In this document: piece after piece, positions 35,702 through 48,470 of the stretch
How the letters are laid out: every line of letters starts with the position of its first letter
How positions within the stretch are numbered: the stretch's first letter is position 1
Assembly (NCBI GenBank): GCA_964016885.1
Contig: OZ024741.1
Location: 372,186,001 to 372,250,000, forward strand
Direction: 5' to 3'
DNA: 64,000 nucleotides
Origin: Eledone cirrhosa
Taxonomy: Eukaryota
The notes under the pieces: generated by a model
Told to the model about the DNA's origin: nothing
What the model saw: only the letters and a program-made list of their open reading frames with translations
Databases searched by the model: none
Translations under genes and position numbers: made by a program

Positions 35702-35957
35702 AGTGGCTGCCAACTCGTTTTCGAGTACGGCCACTACTTTATATCCATGTAGGAGAACCCCTACCGATGCGCTGAACGAGTGTGACATTTTAGTCCAGCC
35801 AGCGACTTGAAAACTCTGGTACAAACACTGCACTTGTGACAATTATTGACATATAGTGCTGGGCCCATGGTACCATGTGACGACAAGTGCAGAGAGATCT
35901 CCAGATATAAAGCAATGCCTGTGCCGTGAAGCTTTTATAGTGAGCAAAGGCACTGCA
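35702..35957 (-). mobile_element. 3' half of the bipartite RTE derivative
   Basis: Matches about 7775-8031; (CATA)n flanks. Confidence 0.7.
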
Positions 35958-36039
35958 CATACATACATACATACATACATACATACATACATACATACAT
36001 ACATACATACATACATACATACATACATACATACATAGA

Positions 36040-36482
36040 TGATGCGATGGCTGCAAACTCGTGTTCGAGCATTGCCATCGCCCGATAAAATGCTCAAAAA
36101 ATAGGAGGCACCAATGTGGCTCTTTAAACCAGCCAAAGACTTGCACCCTCTGGTTCATACATGGCAACTGTAGGCTCTTCTGGGACTTTCCATTCCTTTG
36201 TTCTGGCTGTGTGTTCTCATGTGTCTTTTAAAACCTCCCATGCTAGCACATTCCTTGCCACATTCCTTACACCTTTTCAGATCATAATCTACATGATGTC
36301 TACTCATATGACTGTGTTTGTATCTAGTCAAACCAGCTTTACTCAGGCAGACTCGACCACAGTGCTGGCAAACCAGATGATGTTCAACAGCAGGCAGTTC
36401 AGAGCAGTCTCTTTTTCTCACCTTCTTTTTCAGTGTAAGGTGTTCTCTCCGACGAGTTTCAAAGTGTTTACTACATGACTTA
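36040..36482 (-). mobile_element. RTE-like LINE 3' fragment with three C2H2-like fingers
   Basis: Encodes HFETRRREHL..CQHCGRVCLSKAGLTRYKHSH..CKECGKECASMGGFKRHMRTH..CHV*TRGCKSLAGLKSH; (CATA)n flanks. Confidence 0.65.
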
Positions 36483-36550
36483 ATCATACATACACACACA
36501 CACATACATACATACATACATACATACATACATACATACATACATACATA

Positions 36551-36830
36551 CAATCCATTAATGGAACAGTAAAAATTTGTAAAACATTCCAAAAATTCTG
36601 CATGTAATAACTGCATGTACACATGTACAGATACAAAGCATATACACATGCACACATACAACTCAAAACATACGCATCTACACATACAATAACATGCATA
36701 CTTCCACACACGTGCATGCAGACGTATCTACCTAGTTGATGTTTAAATTCCAACGAGAGAGTCTTGTGTCTATGTTAGAAACGACTCTCTTTCTATTGGT
36801 AAAAAATTCATATTATAAAACCAGAAGAAC
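36551..36830 (+). mobile_element. 3' end fragment of R4-like family 1 in (CATA)n
   Basis: Reverse-complement match to 8751-9045. Confidence 0.8.
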
Positions 36831-37332
36831 ATACATACGTACATACATGCATACATACACGTTAGGACCTATTTATTGATATGTGGAGATGGCAGATAAA
36901 GGACATAGTCGGCTTACGGATTTTAATGTTTCATTATTCTGAGTTCAAACGTAGAAAGAGGTGAAGTTCGTTTCAATTCAGTACAACGATATTGTATACT
37001 TTGAAAGAATTAGGATTTTTTCAACACGCTGGCGCGTATGTGTATATGTATATGCATATATGTATGTGCATATGCATACATTTATATGTATGAATATATA
37101 AATATAAACCTGCAATAACAGACACACTTACAAAAATACACACTCACAGACATACATTTACACAAACATACACATACACTCATACACGGAGTAGCAAATG
37201 AAACGCCAGTCGATGTTTTGCTATAGTTTTTTTCACCACATGCTTCCTTCCTTTTACACATACAAACACACACACACACACACACGCACGCACACGCACG
37301 CACGCGCACACGCACGCACGCGCACACGCACA

Positions 37333-37444
<112 letters not shown>

Positions 37445-37870
37445 GTGACGGAGGGACGGACGGAAGTCGCTTAAATTTATATATAGATATTAACTTTATG
37501 CTTAACAGAAAGAAACGATAATCTGGCTCGAGCGTCGGACAGTTAATATCCTCGTGAAGCAACTCTGTAACCCGATTTACTTCCACATTTTCTTTTCCGG
37601 CACACCATAGGCAATACCTCACTTGAGAATTCACAAAGACCACAACATCTCTGCATTAAACCAAGATCACAATCTGGCTTCGATTTTAAAATGGAAACAT
37701 TCCACATACACCATAAGTGTCCTTGGGGGGTGGGGGTGGGGGTGGGGAATTATGTCACATTACTTAGTTGCAATAAACACCTGCAACGATGTTTTTAGTT
37801 AAATTAAATAAACATTGTGGTGATAAGTGACATGTAATTTTTTTTTGTGTTTGTTTCCTTTCTCTTATCC

Positions 37871-37910
<40 letters not shown>

Positions 37911-38245
37911 GGTGATGTTATTATCATTACCATCTGACAAATCTGAAGATAAAGCATACAGATTAAAGTGTTAACTAGTGGGAGTTACAAGGGTTTAAAT
38001 AGATAAGATCTAATAAATTGTTTCTTCAAACACAACCTTACAAGCAAACTGTTGTGTCATTAGACACAAGCTGTACATCACTCTCCAAATAGTATTATTG
38101 ATTAGAATCAAAGTAATTTCAATAGGTCGTTAGATAACACTGAATGTATTGTATTTAACTCTATCTATTTAAAAATAGATACTATTTGATGTTGTTTATT
38201 TCTCACTGTACACTTTCTGCAGAAGTATCTTTTAATACTATAGAA

Positions 38246-39192
38246 CAGAGGTTCTCAACGTATGCGTTACCCCCCCCCCCCCCCCCCCCACAGGAGATAG
38301 CACTGAGTAGGTCAAGAGGGTGCTGGAGCAAAAGGGGGTGGTAGAGATGATATAATAGTATATCAAATATCAAATGATATATCTATCTATATAATACTAA
38401 AAGCCTGTGATTGCTTGCTTGCTTGTCTGTAATGTAATACAGCCAAAAGTGCGCATAATGGGAAAATACTTCCAAAGGAAGTTGACCCTGAAATGGAAAT
38501 ACAAATGGAATAAAACAAGTTTCGCGTAAATCGAAGCACGGGTTCCCGAGATACGGGGTTTTCTGGGTACCTTCATAAACAGAGAGAGAGAGAAGGATAG
38601 AGATAAAGAGATAGTGGTTGTGAAAGAGTAGTTTGAAAGAAAGACACAGAGAGAGGGAGAGGAGACAGAGAAGGAGAATGGAAGAGAGAGAGAGAGAGAG
38701 AGCGCTGGTGGTGTTGTGTATATATGTGAGTGTGTGTGTATATGTGTGTGTCTGTCTATGACCTGTGCATCACAGACACCCATATATATATATATATATA
38801 CACACAGACAGACGCACATATGTATATATGTATACAAACACACACATTTATATATATACATACACACACGTATATATATGAGCCTTCCAGTTTCATTTCA
38901 CATTATATACATGTCTGTGTATATTTTAATTATTTAGAAATTATTTTGAAGTGAACGTGACCCAACGGGTCACGGGTGGTCTAGTATATATATAAATATA
39001 GTAAAATAAAAAGTATATAATATTTATTTATGCATAGTATATATTATATTATTTATTATATATAAATTAACGACTTTATATATTATTTACAATTTGTGTG
39101 TAGGCAGGTCTCTTTGGAAATAGAAGTGTGGACGCTGAGGGTATTACGTGACCGTGGGGAGGGTGGTTCCCCCAAAAGTTTGAGAACCTCTG
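38246..39192. mobile_element. hAT-type MITE interrupted by a Helitron-like element
   Basis: TIR CAGAGGTTCTCAA/TTGAGAACCTCTG; degenerate TSD CTATAGAA/GTATAGCA. Confidence 0.65.
38382..38984 (+). mobile_element. Non-autonomous Helitron-like element
   Basis: A|TCTATCTATATAATA 5' end, CGTGACCC-AAC-GGGTCACG hairpin and CTAG|T 3' end. Confidence 0.8.
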
Positions 39193-39203
39193 GTATAGCA
39201 AAT

Positions 39204-39368
39204 CAGTCATGGGTAAAATACAGCCCGCGAGCCGCATGCCGCCCGTTTGGTTTTCTGAATGGCACACCTAATTTCAAAATTGCTTTGAATTGCTTAGTAG
39301 TGCGACCTGCCACATGAAGAGCCATATTCTATGCGACCCACTGCTCGAAAAAGGTTGCACTTGCCTGG
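39204..39368. mobile_element. Degenerate hAT-type MITE
   Basis: CAGTCATGGGTAAA...AAGGTTGCACTTGCCTG, related to 16267-16547. Confidence 0.5.
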
Positions 39369-39964
39369 TATACATGCACACAGTACATACGCACCACAAC
39401 CATGACTCGATAAAACAACACAGGAAGAATTGGAATCGAACGTGGGACCTAATGATTGCGAAGCGAACCTCTTAACCATTCAGGCATGCCGCGTGCACTG
39501 TGATAATGGTTTCTGATATTAGGCACACGGCCAGCTTTCGATGAACCTGCTAGGGGGCCTTTTCGTGTTTAGTCACTCGACCTGCTAAAAATTTTCCTCA
39601 AAACACACCCTACATGGTTAGTTTGTCGACCTGCTAAAAATAATAGCGAAATGTTCCTCACAATACATCGTACTTTGTTAATTCGCTAGACATGATAGCG
39701 AAATCTTCCTCAAATCATATCCTATGAGGTTAGCAAACCTACCAACCTCTAAATACCCAAACGGAGAGTCCCATGAAAAAAAATGCTCCCAAACGGGGTG
39801 AAATGAGGCAAAATGGCGGGATTTTACATAATGAAAGCTATACCTATTTTCACAAAAGAAGACATCTCCCACCCTAAGTCGGACAGGGAGAGTTGACAGG
39901 TCTGGGTTAGTCACTTATATTATTATTAATGTTCGCTATAATCCATACGTACATATTTATGTGC

Positions 39965-39995
<31 letters not shown>

Positions 39996-40308
39996 TATTA
40001 AAATAACAGATTAAAGTTTAAGCAAAGAATCGCTGCTTTCACCCTTAACGGGATCTTTTGAAACTAAAAACAATCAATCTGTGAAGGCAGAAGTAAATAT
40101 TTCGAAAAACGTTGCAACCCTCTATGTATGCATACTTACATTTATGCATCAGCTGTGCTAGAACGAGAAATAAAATTCTAATTTTATTTTTAATTTTCAG
40201 CAAGGCCAGCCGTAACTCGCTCGGTATGCAAATGAGGCTACTCAGCCGGTGAATACTTAAGAAAATACTATATATTTTCAACCATTCAATAGATTGGCAG
40301 AGAGGTGT

Positions 40309-40351
40309 ACAGTCCCGATGAAGGGTAATGACCCAGAAACATGTTGATTGT
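40309..40351 (+). ncRNA. Minimal hammerhead ribozyme, one core substitution
   Basis: ACAGTC-CCGATGA-AGGGTAATGACCCA-GAAA-CATG-TT-GATTGT. Confidence 0.5.
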
Positions 40352-40512
40352 TCCTCGATGCCAGTATTGAACAAACGGATGACGATTGGTCATCGGCACG
40401 GCACAGATTTAATCGGGCCGTTTGTTTACAAACGAATCAAATATTATAATTAATGTTCGATATAACCCATACGTAAATATGTATGTATATATATGTGTGT
40501 GTACGTATGCAT

Positions 40513-40543
<31 letters not shown>

Positions 40544-40708
40544 ATATAATATAATATAATATATATAATCGTGTCAATTTTGGCACGAATCAGCCTCCTT
40601 ATAATAGTAATTATAGTCATTGTTCCGAGGAAGACGGTGAGATGGATCTAGTAACAACTGTCTATTAGTCAATAAAGCGATTTATTATTATTATTAAACA
40701 ACCCTCTG

Positions 40709-40892
40709 GCGGTGGATTGGCAGTATCGGTAGAGGGTCGGACGCCATGCTTTCCAGCATAGTTACGTCCCTTTACGATCTGAGTTCAAATCCCGCCGAGG
40801 TTGACTTTGCCTTTCATCGTTACGATGTCGATAAAATAAAGTACCAGTAATGCACTGGGTAATTGCTGGCCTTGTGCCTAAAGTAGAAACAA
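40709..40892 (+). mobile_element. SINE copy with long TSD
   Basis: Flanked by the direct repeat ATTATTAAACAACCCTCTG. Confidence 0.8.
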
Positions 40893-41063
40893 TTATTAAA
40901 CAACCCTCTGAAACGATCGTAAAACAATGAACTAATCAAGAACTTATCTTCGCTTTTTCATTTATTATTTTCATTGTTCAAAACACACACACACATATCT
41001 GTCTGTCTATATATCTATCTATCTATCTCCCCCCTCTCTCTCTATATATATATATATATAAGT

Positions 41064-41183
<120 letters not shown>

Positions 41184-41278
41184 AATACAATATCGGAGAA
41201 AGCTTTTTAGCGATACTCCGGCCAAATTCCAACTCACTCAACAATTGCTTTATTGTACTACAATAAAACTCACCTCTT

Positions 41279-41367
<89 letters not shown>

Positions 41368-41581
41368 AAAGTGAGGGTTTTTTTACAAAATGAAAAATAA
41401 CCGAGGTGTCCTACACGAGTGAAAGTATAAAGTATAAAGATGAAATCGAAAATGCAACTGGAGTCTTATTTAAAATAATATATATATTTATTTGGTTCCT
41501 TTACCGGTTTCGCATGCTTTTCAAAAGTAGAGTTGAGATGGAGGGTCTGTGGGTTTTCTCACACCTGGTCATCATTTTTTT

Positions 41582-41662
<81 letters not shown>

Positions 41663-41667
<5 letters not shown>

Positions 41668-42279
41668 TAAAGAATTCATATCTAGTAACATATATATACA
41701 TACAAATGCATATCGATGCTAGCAAATATATAGGTTTTGTCTTAATAACATTGTGGTTCAATGCATGGGGTTGCAGAACAATAATATAAGAGACGTAAAA
41801 TAAGAAAATTATAAAATTAACTTACTTACTAAAATATCACTTCCAACTAATTAGTTTCGATGTCATGTGTTCGATTCTTTTTGAATTTGCCACGGACACA
41901 GAGGCAGTGATTTTCTCAATGGCTAGGAATTAAGTCCACGCTTTGCTATTTCCTATTCACTGATTTATTTTTTAATAAGCTTCCAGTGTCCTCGCTTTGC
42001 CTGGAAACTTATATGAGAATTGACTTTCCTGATGACGGGATGTTTCTTTACACCTTCTTCGGAAGATGTATCTACTCCATTCCAGAAACTAATTAGTTGG
42101 AAGTGATATTTTAGTAAGTAAGTTAATTTTATAATTTTCTTATTTTACGTCTCTTATATTATTGTTCTGCAACCCCATGCATTGAACCACAATGTTATTA
42201 AGACAAAACCTATATATTTGCTAGCATCGATATGCATTTGTATGTATATATATGTTACTAGATATGAATTCTTTATTAT
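41663..42279. repeat. ~195-bp inverted repeat (41663-41858 / 42085-42279); Penelope-like inverted end
   Basis: The arms are essentially identical, and the inner breakpoint is at the GAAA of the hammerhead motif. Confidence 0.85.
42023..42104 (+). ncRNA. Hammerhead ribozyme
   Basis: ACTTTC-CTGATGA-CGGGATG...CATTCCA-GAAA-CTAATTAG-TT-GGAAGT. Confidence 0.65.
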
Positions 42280-42473
42280 TATCTCCAAATCTTTTCTACA
42301 AGTTAGGAAAAATGCGTCCAGGTTATGTAGAAGCCTGCACATAGTCCGTAGGAATATATGCAGGTGGGCACTTATAAATCATCAGTGGATGCCCGTCAAA
42401 TATCGATATAAAAAAAACTTTCTTACCGATATCCAATCCAATGTTAGCGATGGTCCCTCTCTATATATATATA

Positions 42474-43035
42474 CTAGCATTAAAGCCCGGCGTTGCTCGG
42501 GGTCAGTAAGTTACCAAAGTTAGGTTGCACCACCCATTTTATGGCAGCACTTTTTTGTCTGCCAGGCACTGGGTGAATGAATTGCAGACCTGGACTGCCG
42601 AAGCAGGAGCTACGCCAGCAGTGACAATTGTAGTTTCGCCTATGGATATTATCTCTGTGCAAAGAAGTGTTGAAATTTATTGTTTCACAGTACTTGCGCA
42701 ACACGCGCGTAGACGATACCAGCCGAACAGAGCTGCGATGGAGTTGTTCTGCATGGTTGTCTAATGTGTGTTTTCTAAATTTAAGACAGTAGGGAGGGGT
42801 GTGATATGGGGGAGAGTTAGCTGCTGTTTCTAGCAGGTTTAGTGACCTCATAGAGGATATTATTGTGTATAGTAAATAAACTGATACTTCTTTCTTCCAC
42901 GTTCGTTGAGAGATGTTTTTAAAAAGATTTATCGCTATTTTTGTTGTTGTTGAATAAATTTATCTGTTGCTTTTGAATAATTGTTGTCATTGAAGTAAAT
43001 AAATGTTTGACCGTTCCACACTCAAAAACAAACGT

Positions 43036-43108
<73 letters not shown>

Positions 43109-43464
43109 CTCTCACTCCCTTCTCTCTCTCTCTCTCTCTCTTCTTTCTTCGGCGTTCCTAAAGGAAGTTTGTAAGTTTAAGCGTATATAAGAGAAAGTTG
43201 CAGCATGTATGTAGTTTTATCGAATTTTAAGGGAAGTAGAGAGAGGGTATCTGATTGTATTAGAGGGGTAAAGCGTAATGTATTTAGTTTTATCGATTAT
43301 TTCCATAATTGTGGGTGAGTTGGAAATAAATAAATAGTCGTTGAACTAAGTTACACCATTTACAACATTCTTACAGACTTTGAGTCAAATCGGTTTGAAA
43401 TTGTGCAAATGTATAAACATGGAACATGCACACACACACACAACAACAATCTGCCTTTTATAGA
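42474..43464 (-). mobile_element. Non-autonomous Helitron-like element
   Basis: Minus strand has a TCTATAAAAGG head, a CCCGAGCAACGCCGGG hairpin and a CTAG|T end. Confidence 0.7.
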
Positions 43465-43481
43465 TAATGATATATATATAT

Positions 43482-44160
43482 TTCGTTTCTAAATTTGTTT
43501 AGCAAGATTCTTTATCTGAAAACGTGTGTTGAAACCGATATTGTTATACTTTGGGAGGGTCATGTTGCCAATAAGAAACACACGCACCAGTTGCTTTCAC
43601 TTCAATTTATTATAATAAATTTATAAATTTAGGAATTTATAAATTTCCGGTTGGTTGGTTCCACAACCAGATGGTTGTTTATATATTGTCAAAGTTCTTT
43701 CGTCACACATTATGTGACCTCTTCAGTGACTGGGGATTCTTTTCTTTGTTTTTGTGCCTCTCCTTTGTTCTGTCCTATGCCATCTTGTTTCTGTGTGTTG
43801 TGTGCTCAGTCTGCGCATACGCCACATCCGGGTGTCTCTGTGTGTTTATATTCATTTATTTATTTGTTTATTTACATGTTACTGGTTGGTTGTTTGTTCT
43901 ATGTGCGTGTGTGTTTTCATTTTGTCCTTAATTGTAAGTTGTGATGTTGCTGTTCCACTCATGTTTTCTATTTAATTTTGGTTGTAATTATTTTATGTTT
44001 ATTGCCTCTGTGATTTGTCTAAACATTGCGTATTTTCTATGTGTAGATTCTATTTTTATTTCTATGTTCTCTAATTTACACTTATGTTCTATTTTAGCAT
44101 GTTGGTAGAGTACAGATGATTCTTTACTATCTTGAAGGTCTCGCCAGTGTTCATTTAGGA
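43482..44160 (-). mobile_element. Penelope-like element 3' part (GIY-YIG C-terminus + pLTR)
   Basis: Encodes LNEHWRDL..SVLYQH..EH..RQITEAINI*..PKLNRKHEW, with a hammerhead motif downstream. Confidence 0.7.
43688..43730 (-). ncRNA. Minimal hammerhead ribozyme
   Basis: GTCA-CTGAAGA-GGTCACATAATGTGTGAC-GAAA-GAAC-TT-TGAC. Confidence 0.65.
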
Positions 44161-44482
44161 GGAAGTCGAAACAATAAGTAAAACAATATGGGGGTAATTA
44201 AAAAGAAAAATACCGAGAATGTTTAAAAAAACACACTTATTGTTTCGACTTCCTCCCCCTCCACTTCCCTAGTATACTTCTCTTGACCTCTTATCCTTAG
44301 GATTCTGCTGTAGTTGGCACTATCAACGCACGATTGGGTTTCCTCCACTCCCTCTCCCTCTTTCTTCTACTGGCAAGTTCAGCTACCCCTTCCCACCACA
44401 AATTACCATGATAGAATTATGTGTCTCAACAACAAACTTTTGACCAATCCTTGTGACAATAACTTTTACCATATATGAAATT

Positions 44483-44578
44483 ACCCCCTGAGAAGCTCGG
44501 CTATTCATATACCAGGATAAACATTTTCATTTAGTCCAGAATTAGCCGTCGAAACGGCTTGAGCTCAGCCGTCGGGGT
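44483..44578 (+). ncRNA. Hammerhead ribozyme with full stem III, altered core
   Basis: ACCCC-CTGAGAA-..CGGCTA...TAGCCG..-GAAA-CGGCT(TGAGCTC)AGCCG-TC-GGGGT. The core reads CUGAGAA instead of CUGANGA. Confidence 0.55.
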
Positions 44579-44669
44579 CCTACTCGTTCCTATTACCCAC
44601 TCTACTACCCTAAGTATTGAGTACTTTGGTGCGTTATGGTCCACCTGGTTCCTTACCATATTTCCTTCG

Positions 44670-44740
<71 letters not shown>

Positions 44741-44882
44741 CACCACCAAAATTGAAATAAAGATGTCATGTCTGAGAATATCAGAAACGTGCGCCAAACC
44801 ACCTGTAGAATAAGCTCAAAGATTCTAAGGAATAAATCCGAGTATTTATTAACATTGAATTAAAAATCGATTCGCCCGCGCG

Positions 44883-45034
<152 letters not shown>

Positions 45035-45192
45035 AAATAAACACACCAAACAATTACAGGGGATAATTTAGAAAGAGTGTAAACACACATAGTTACGGAG
45101 GTAACATATTAAAAATTAACGAGAACCTTATTAATCTCCTTTCTATATATTCCATTAAAGAAAAATATTTCACCATTAATCCGTGATGTGTT

Positions 45193-45259
<67 letters not shown>

Positions 45260-45303
45260 TATTGAAGTTTGCTTGAAGCATTGTGGAACAATAAGTAAAT
45301 ATT

Positions 45304-46814
45304 TATAAGTCGTTTGGAAGCCTCGACAATGCAAATGGGTAAATCTCCGGGTAACAAGGTCCGGTGATGGAGAAGACGGGTCACTTGCCCTCCTCGACTT
45401 CCAAATCAACATCACGGAACAAGGAGGGATCCACTGCAACTTCTACAGAAAGGCAGCCTGCAGGGACCTATTCGTTTACTACAAGTCCGCGCTCCCTAAC
45501 AGTGCCAAAAGAGGATACATCACGAACGAGATCGCGCGAATCAAAAACAGATGCAGCGATCCCGCGAGTGGTGTCACTCATACCAAGCGATTCCTCGAGG
45601 TGCTGGAGACGAACGGGTACCCTACCTCGATCACAGACAGAATAGGAGACACCAGACGCAAGAGACAGAGAAGCACCCAAGGCAAGTGCTTCCTTAAAAT
45701 GCCACACCTGGGCGAGAAAACACACCAACGCTATCCGCAAGGCTATACGGAGGGAGGGCCTCGACATCCACCTGGCCCACTCGGGCTCCTCCCTGCGAAG
45801 ATGCCTCCCCAGGAAACCCGAAAAATCTACTGACGCATGCTCCCTCAGAGACTGCCCGATACGCCATGCTAACTGTTGCCTACGCACATACGTCGTGTAT
45901 AAGATAGAATGTGACAGGTGCAACCAATACTACATAGGTAGCACAATTCGACCTTTGCACATCCGGATCAAGGAACACATTAAAACCAGGGCCTCGTCTT
46001 TCCGGAAACACATAGACAAATGCGGAAACAAAGACGGAAGGCCCATTGTCACAATTCTAGCGACTGAAAGAAACGTCGGCACGTTACGTATCAAGGAAGC
46101 GCTTCTTATCAAACAACTGCAACCGCAAATAAACAACCGATCAGAGAGAAGCGAAAGGAAATGGCTGGTTTAAGTTAACAAGCGATGCAACAACACACAA
46201 CACACGCACACACACACACACACGCAAACGAGACAACTACACACACACACGCACACACACACACAGTAGCATTCCACCATACGAACATACTACACTGCCA
46301 ATACAGATGAACAAGGCAACAACACACGCACACACACACTCAAGCGAGACAACAACACACGCACACACACAGTAACATTTAACAAACAGGCAGAGAATGG
46401 ACTGACAGCTAGCGCCATCCCACTACCTCATTCGGCTGCTGACCTCTGTACGACCGACCCCATTTCACGCGCACGCGCGCTCGGCCGAATACCTCAGATA
46501 TTCAAATCAACAAACAGCGAAAGACACGTTCCGAGTTGTCCGACAGACAACCTTTTCCCCCACCCCGGAAAAAACCCCAGTTGATGGATGTGAATCCGAA
46601 ATATATAGGGACTATTAAATCTCTCCCAAGGTAACTCTCTCTCTTGTGTTGTTATTATTATTTTTATTCTTTTACTCTTCCCTTCATTCTACACATCTCA
46701 CACATCTTATACACACCACGCATCTCAACGTACACCCACTTACATATCTCTCTCCACCACCGGACCTTGTTACCCGGAGATTTACCCATTTGCATTGTCG
46801 AGGCTTCCAAACGA

Positions 46815-46820
<6 letters not shown>
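45304..46820 (+). mobile_element. 5'-truncated Penelope-like element with an inverted copy of its 3' end at the 5' junction
   Basis: RT thumb (EEDGSLALLD..FYRK..SALP..NGYP) and GIY-YIG (VVYKIEC..C..YIGST.R.L..RIKEH..KEALLI..PQIN). 45304-45370 is the reverse complement of 46752-46820; a decayed hammerhead lies at 46575-46610. Confidence 0.88.
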
Positions 46821-46878
<58 letters not shown>

Positions 46879-47001
46879 GGAGGTGAGTTTTATTGTAGTA
46901 GAATAAAGCAATGCAGATATCGGATAAGAAGCACTCTACAGTTTGTAGGACTGGAGTATAAATAATATATAAGATCAAAAGATGGTTAAAAGAGTTCCAT
47001 A

Positions 47002-47072
47002 TATTTTATTATGCGCATTTCAAAAACAAATATCATCATGCGATGACATTTGCGTTTTCGTCAGATAAAATA
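47002..47072 (-). ncRNA. Minimal hammerhead ribozyme
   Basis: TATTTTAT-CTGACGA-AAAC...GTTTTT-GAAA-TGCGCA-TA-ATAAAATA. Confidence 0.6.
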
Positions 47073-48203
47073 AGGAGACATGATATGAAGGTTAAAAAAC
47101 ACTTGTGAATAGTGCAGTTTTAAATCAACATATGAAAAGTAGTTTTGGATTGATGTGTGATATTGAAAAAAAAAAAAAAATTGAAGAGGGGGGGTTGGAA
47201 AGGATGAAAAAGAGGAAGAGATGAGAGTAAAGAATGGAGGGGGAGGAGTATAATAAGGAAGGATGAGATAGGAGGAGAGATGGGTGATAGAGAGAGAGAG
47301 AGAGATAGCTTTTATAACTGAGAAAAATATATTGTTTTACAGAGAGAGGTTAAAAAACCGTTGGAAGATAATATATAAATTAAAAGAATTTGAAAATTAA
47401 CGAAGAGAAAAATTTAAGAATAATGTTAAATTAAGGTTTGTATATTGAAGGGTTTAATAATAGGTGCGATGAAAAGAAATTGTTAATATGTATTAAGAAT
47501 AATATTAAGTTAAGGTTTGAATATTGAAGGATTTAATAGTATGTGCGATGGAAAGAAATTGTTGATATGTATTATTAAAAAATAAAAATAGTAATGTAAT
47601 TAAGGATATATTGTGAAAAGAAGTAGAAGAGTGGATGAATTAATATAAGTAAATAGTTTGTTTACAAATGAGCGCAGAAAGCAAAGAAGGAGATAGTGTT
47701 TAAGGAGAAGACCTTAACATCAAAATATGCATGTTTATGAAGTATTTCCTAATGGTAATAATATAATGTAATAAAGGAGATTAGTTAGGATTTAAGTTTG
47801 ATTTTATGTGTTGTGATGTGTAATATGTAGAAGTTAAACGAGCATGAAAGGGAGAAAAAAATAATGAATTGAGGATGAATAATCTAACGTAAAAAAAAAT
47901 GTTTATGTTTACGAAGGATTTTTTAAGGTGATACTATAAAGTATTTAAAAGGATAATAGTAAGTTTTATGGCCAGTGATAGAATGGAAGAAGGAAGAGTG
48001 GTTATATTGTGGTGAGTAATAATGAGAATTGAGAAGTATCTAGGAAGAAAAGGTACAGATTAGAGGTTAGAAATTAAAAAAAAAAGGAAAAAAGGAAGAA
48101 AGGGAAGTGATAAATAGGAGTGATATAGAATGAGTAACTAGTATTATATAATGTATAATAAATAACATTGAAATAAGGTAGAAAGATGGGTATATTTTAA
48201 AAG

Positions 48204-48242
<39 letters not shown>

Positions 48243-48299
48243 CCTTTGAGAATTTAAATTGGCAAAGTATTAGATATTAGCTGTATACTTTATGGAATG

Positions 48300-48470
48300 T
48301 TCTGTGGAATTTATGCAAGCAGAGAGAAAACAAGCCAGTGCGTCTATTTATTATATTTATTATAGAATCTAAATTAGATATAATGGTAAATTTCTCACAT
48401 AAACAGAGATTACATGTTTTGGATAGAGAGGCATTCAAGTATGGAGAAGCAGAACAAACCTTCCTCCAAG
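48300..48470 (-). mobile_element. Decayed Penelope-like endonuclease C-terminus
   Basis: SPYLN...KTCNLCLCEKFTII...INRRTGLFSLCLHK resembles the PY..S..CNLCL.EK..LN.RSE..CRH motif. Confidence 0.55.

Noticed and set aside
36155-36709. Host C2H2 zinc-finger gene exon
   Set aside because: It has no TGEKP linkers or splice signals, contains an internal stop, is bounded by (CATA)n and shares its 3' end with retroelement copies.
33750-36850. CRISPR-like array of (CATA)n repeats with unique spacers
   Set aside because: The spacers are 250-860-bp retrotransposon 3' fragments, the repeats are variable-length microsatellites, and there are no cas genes in this eukaryotic context.
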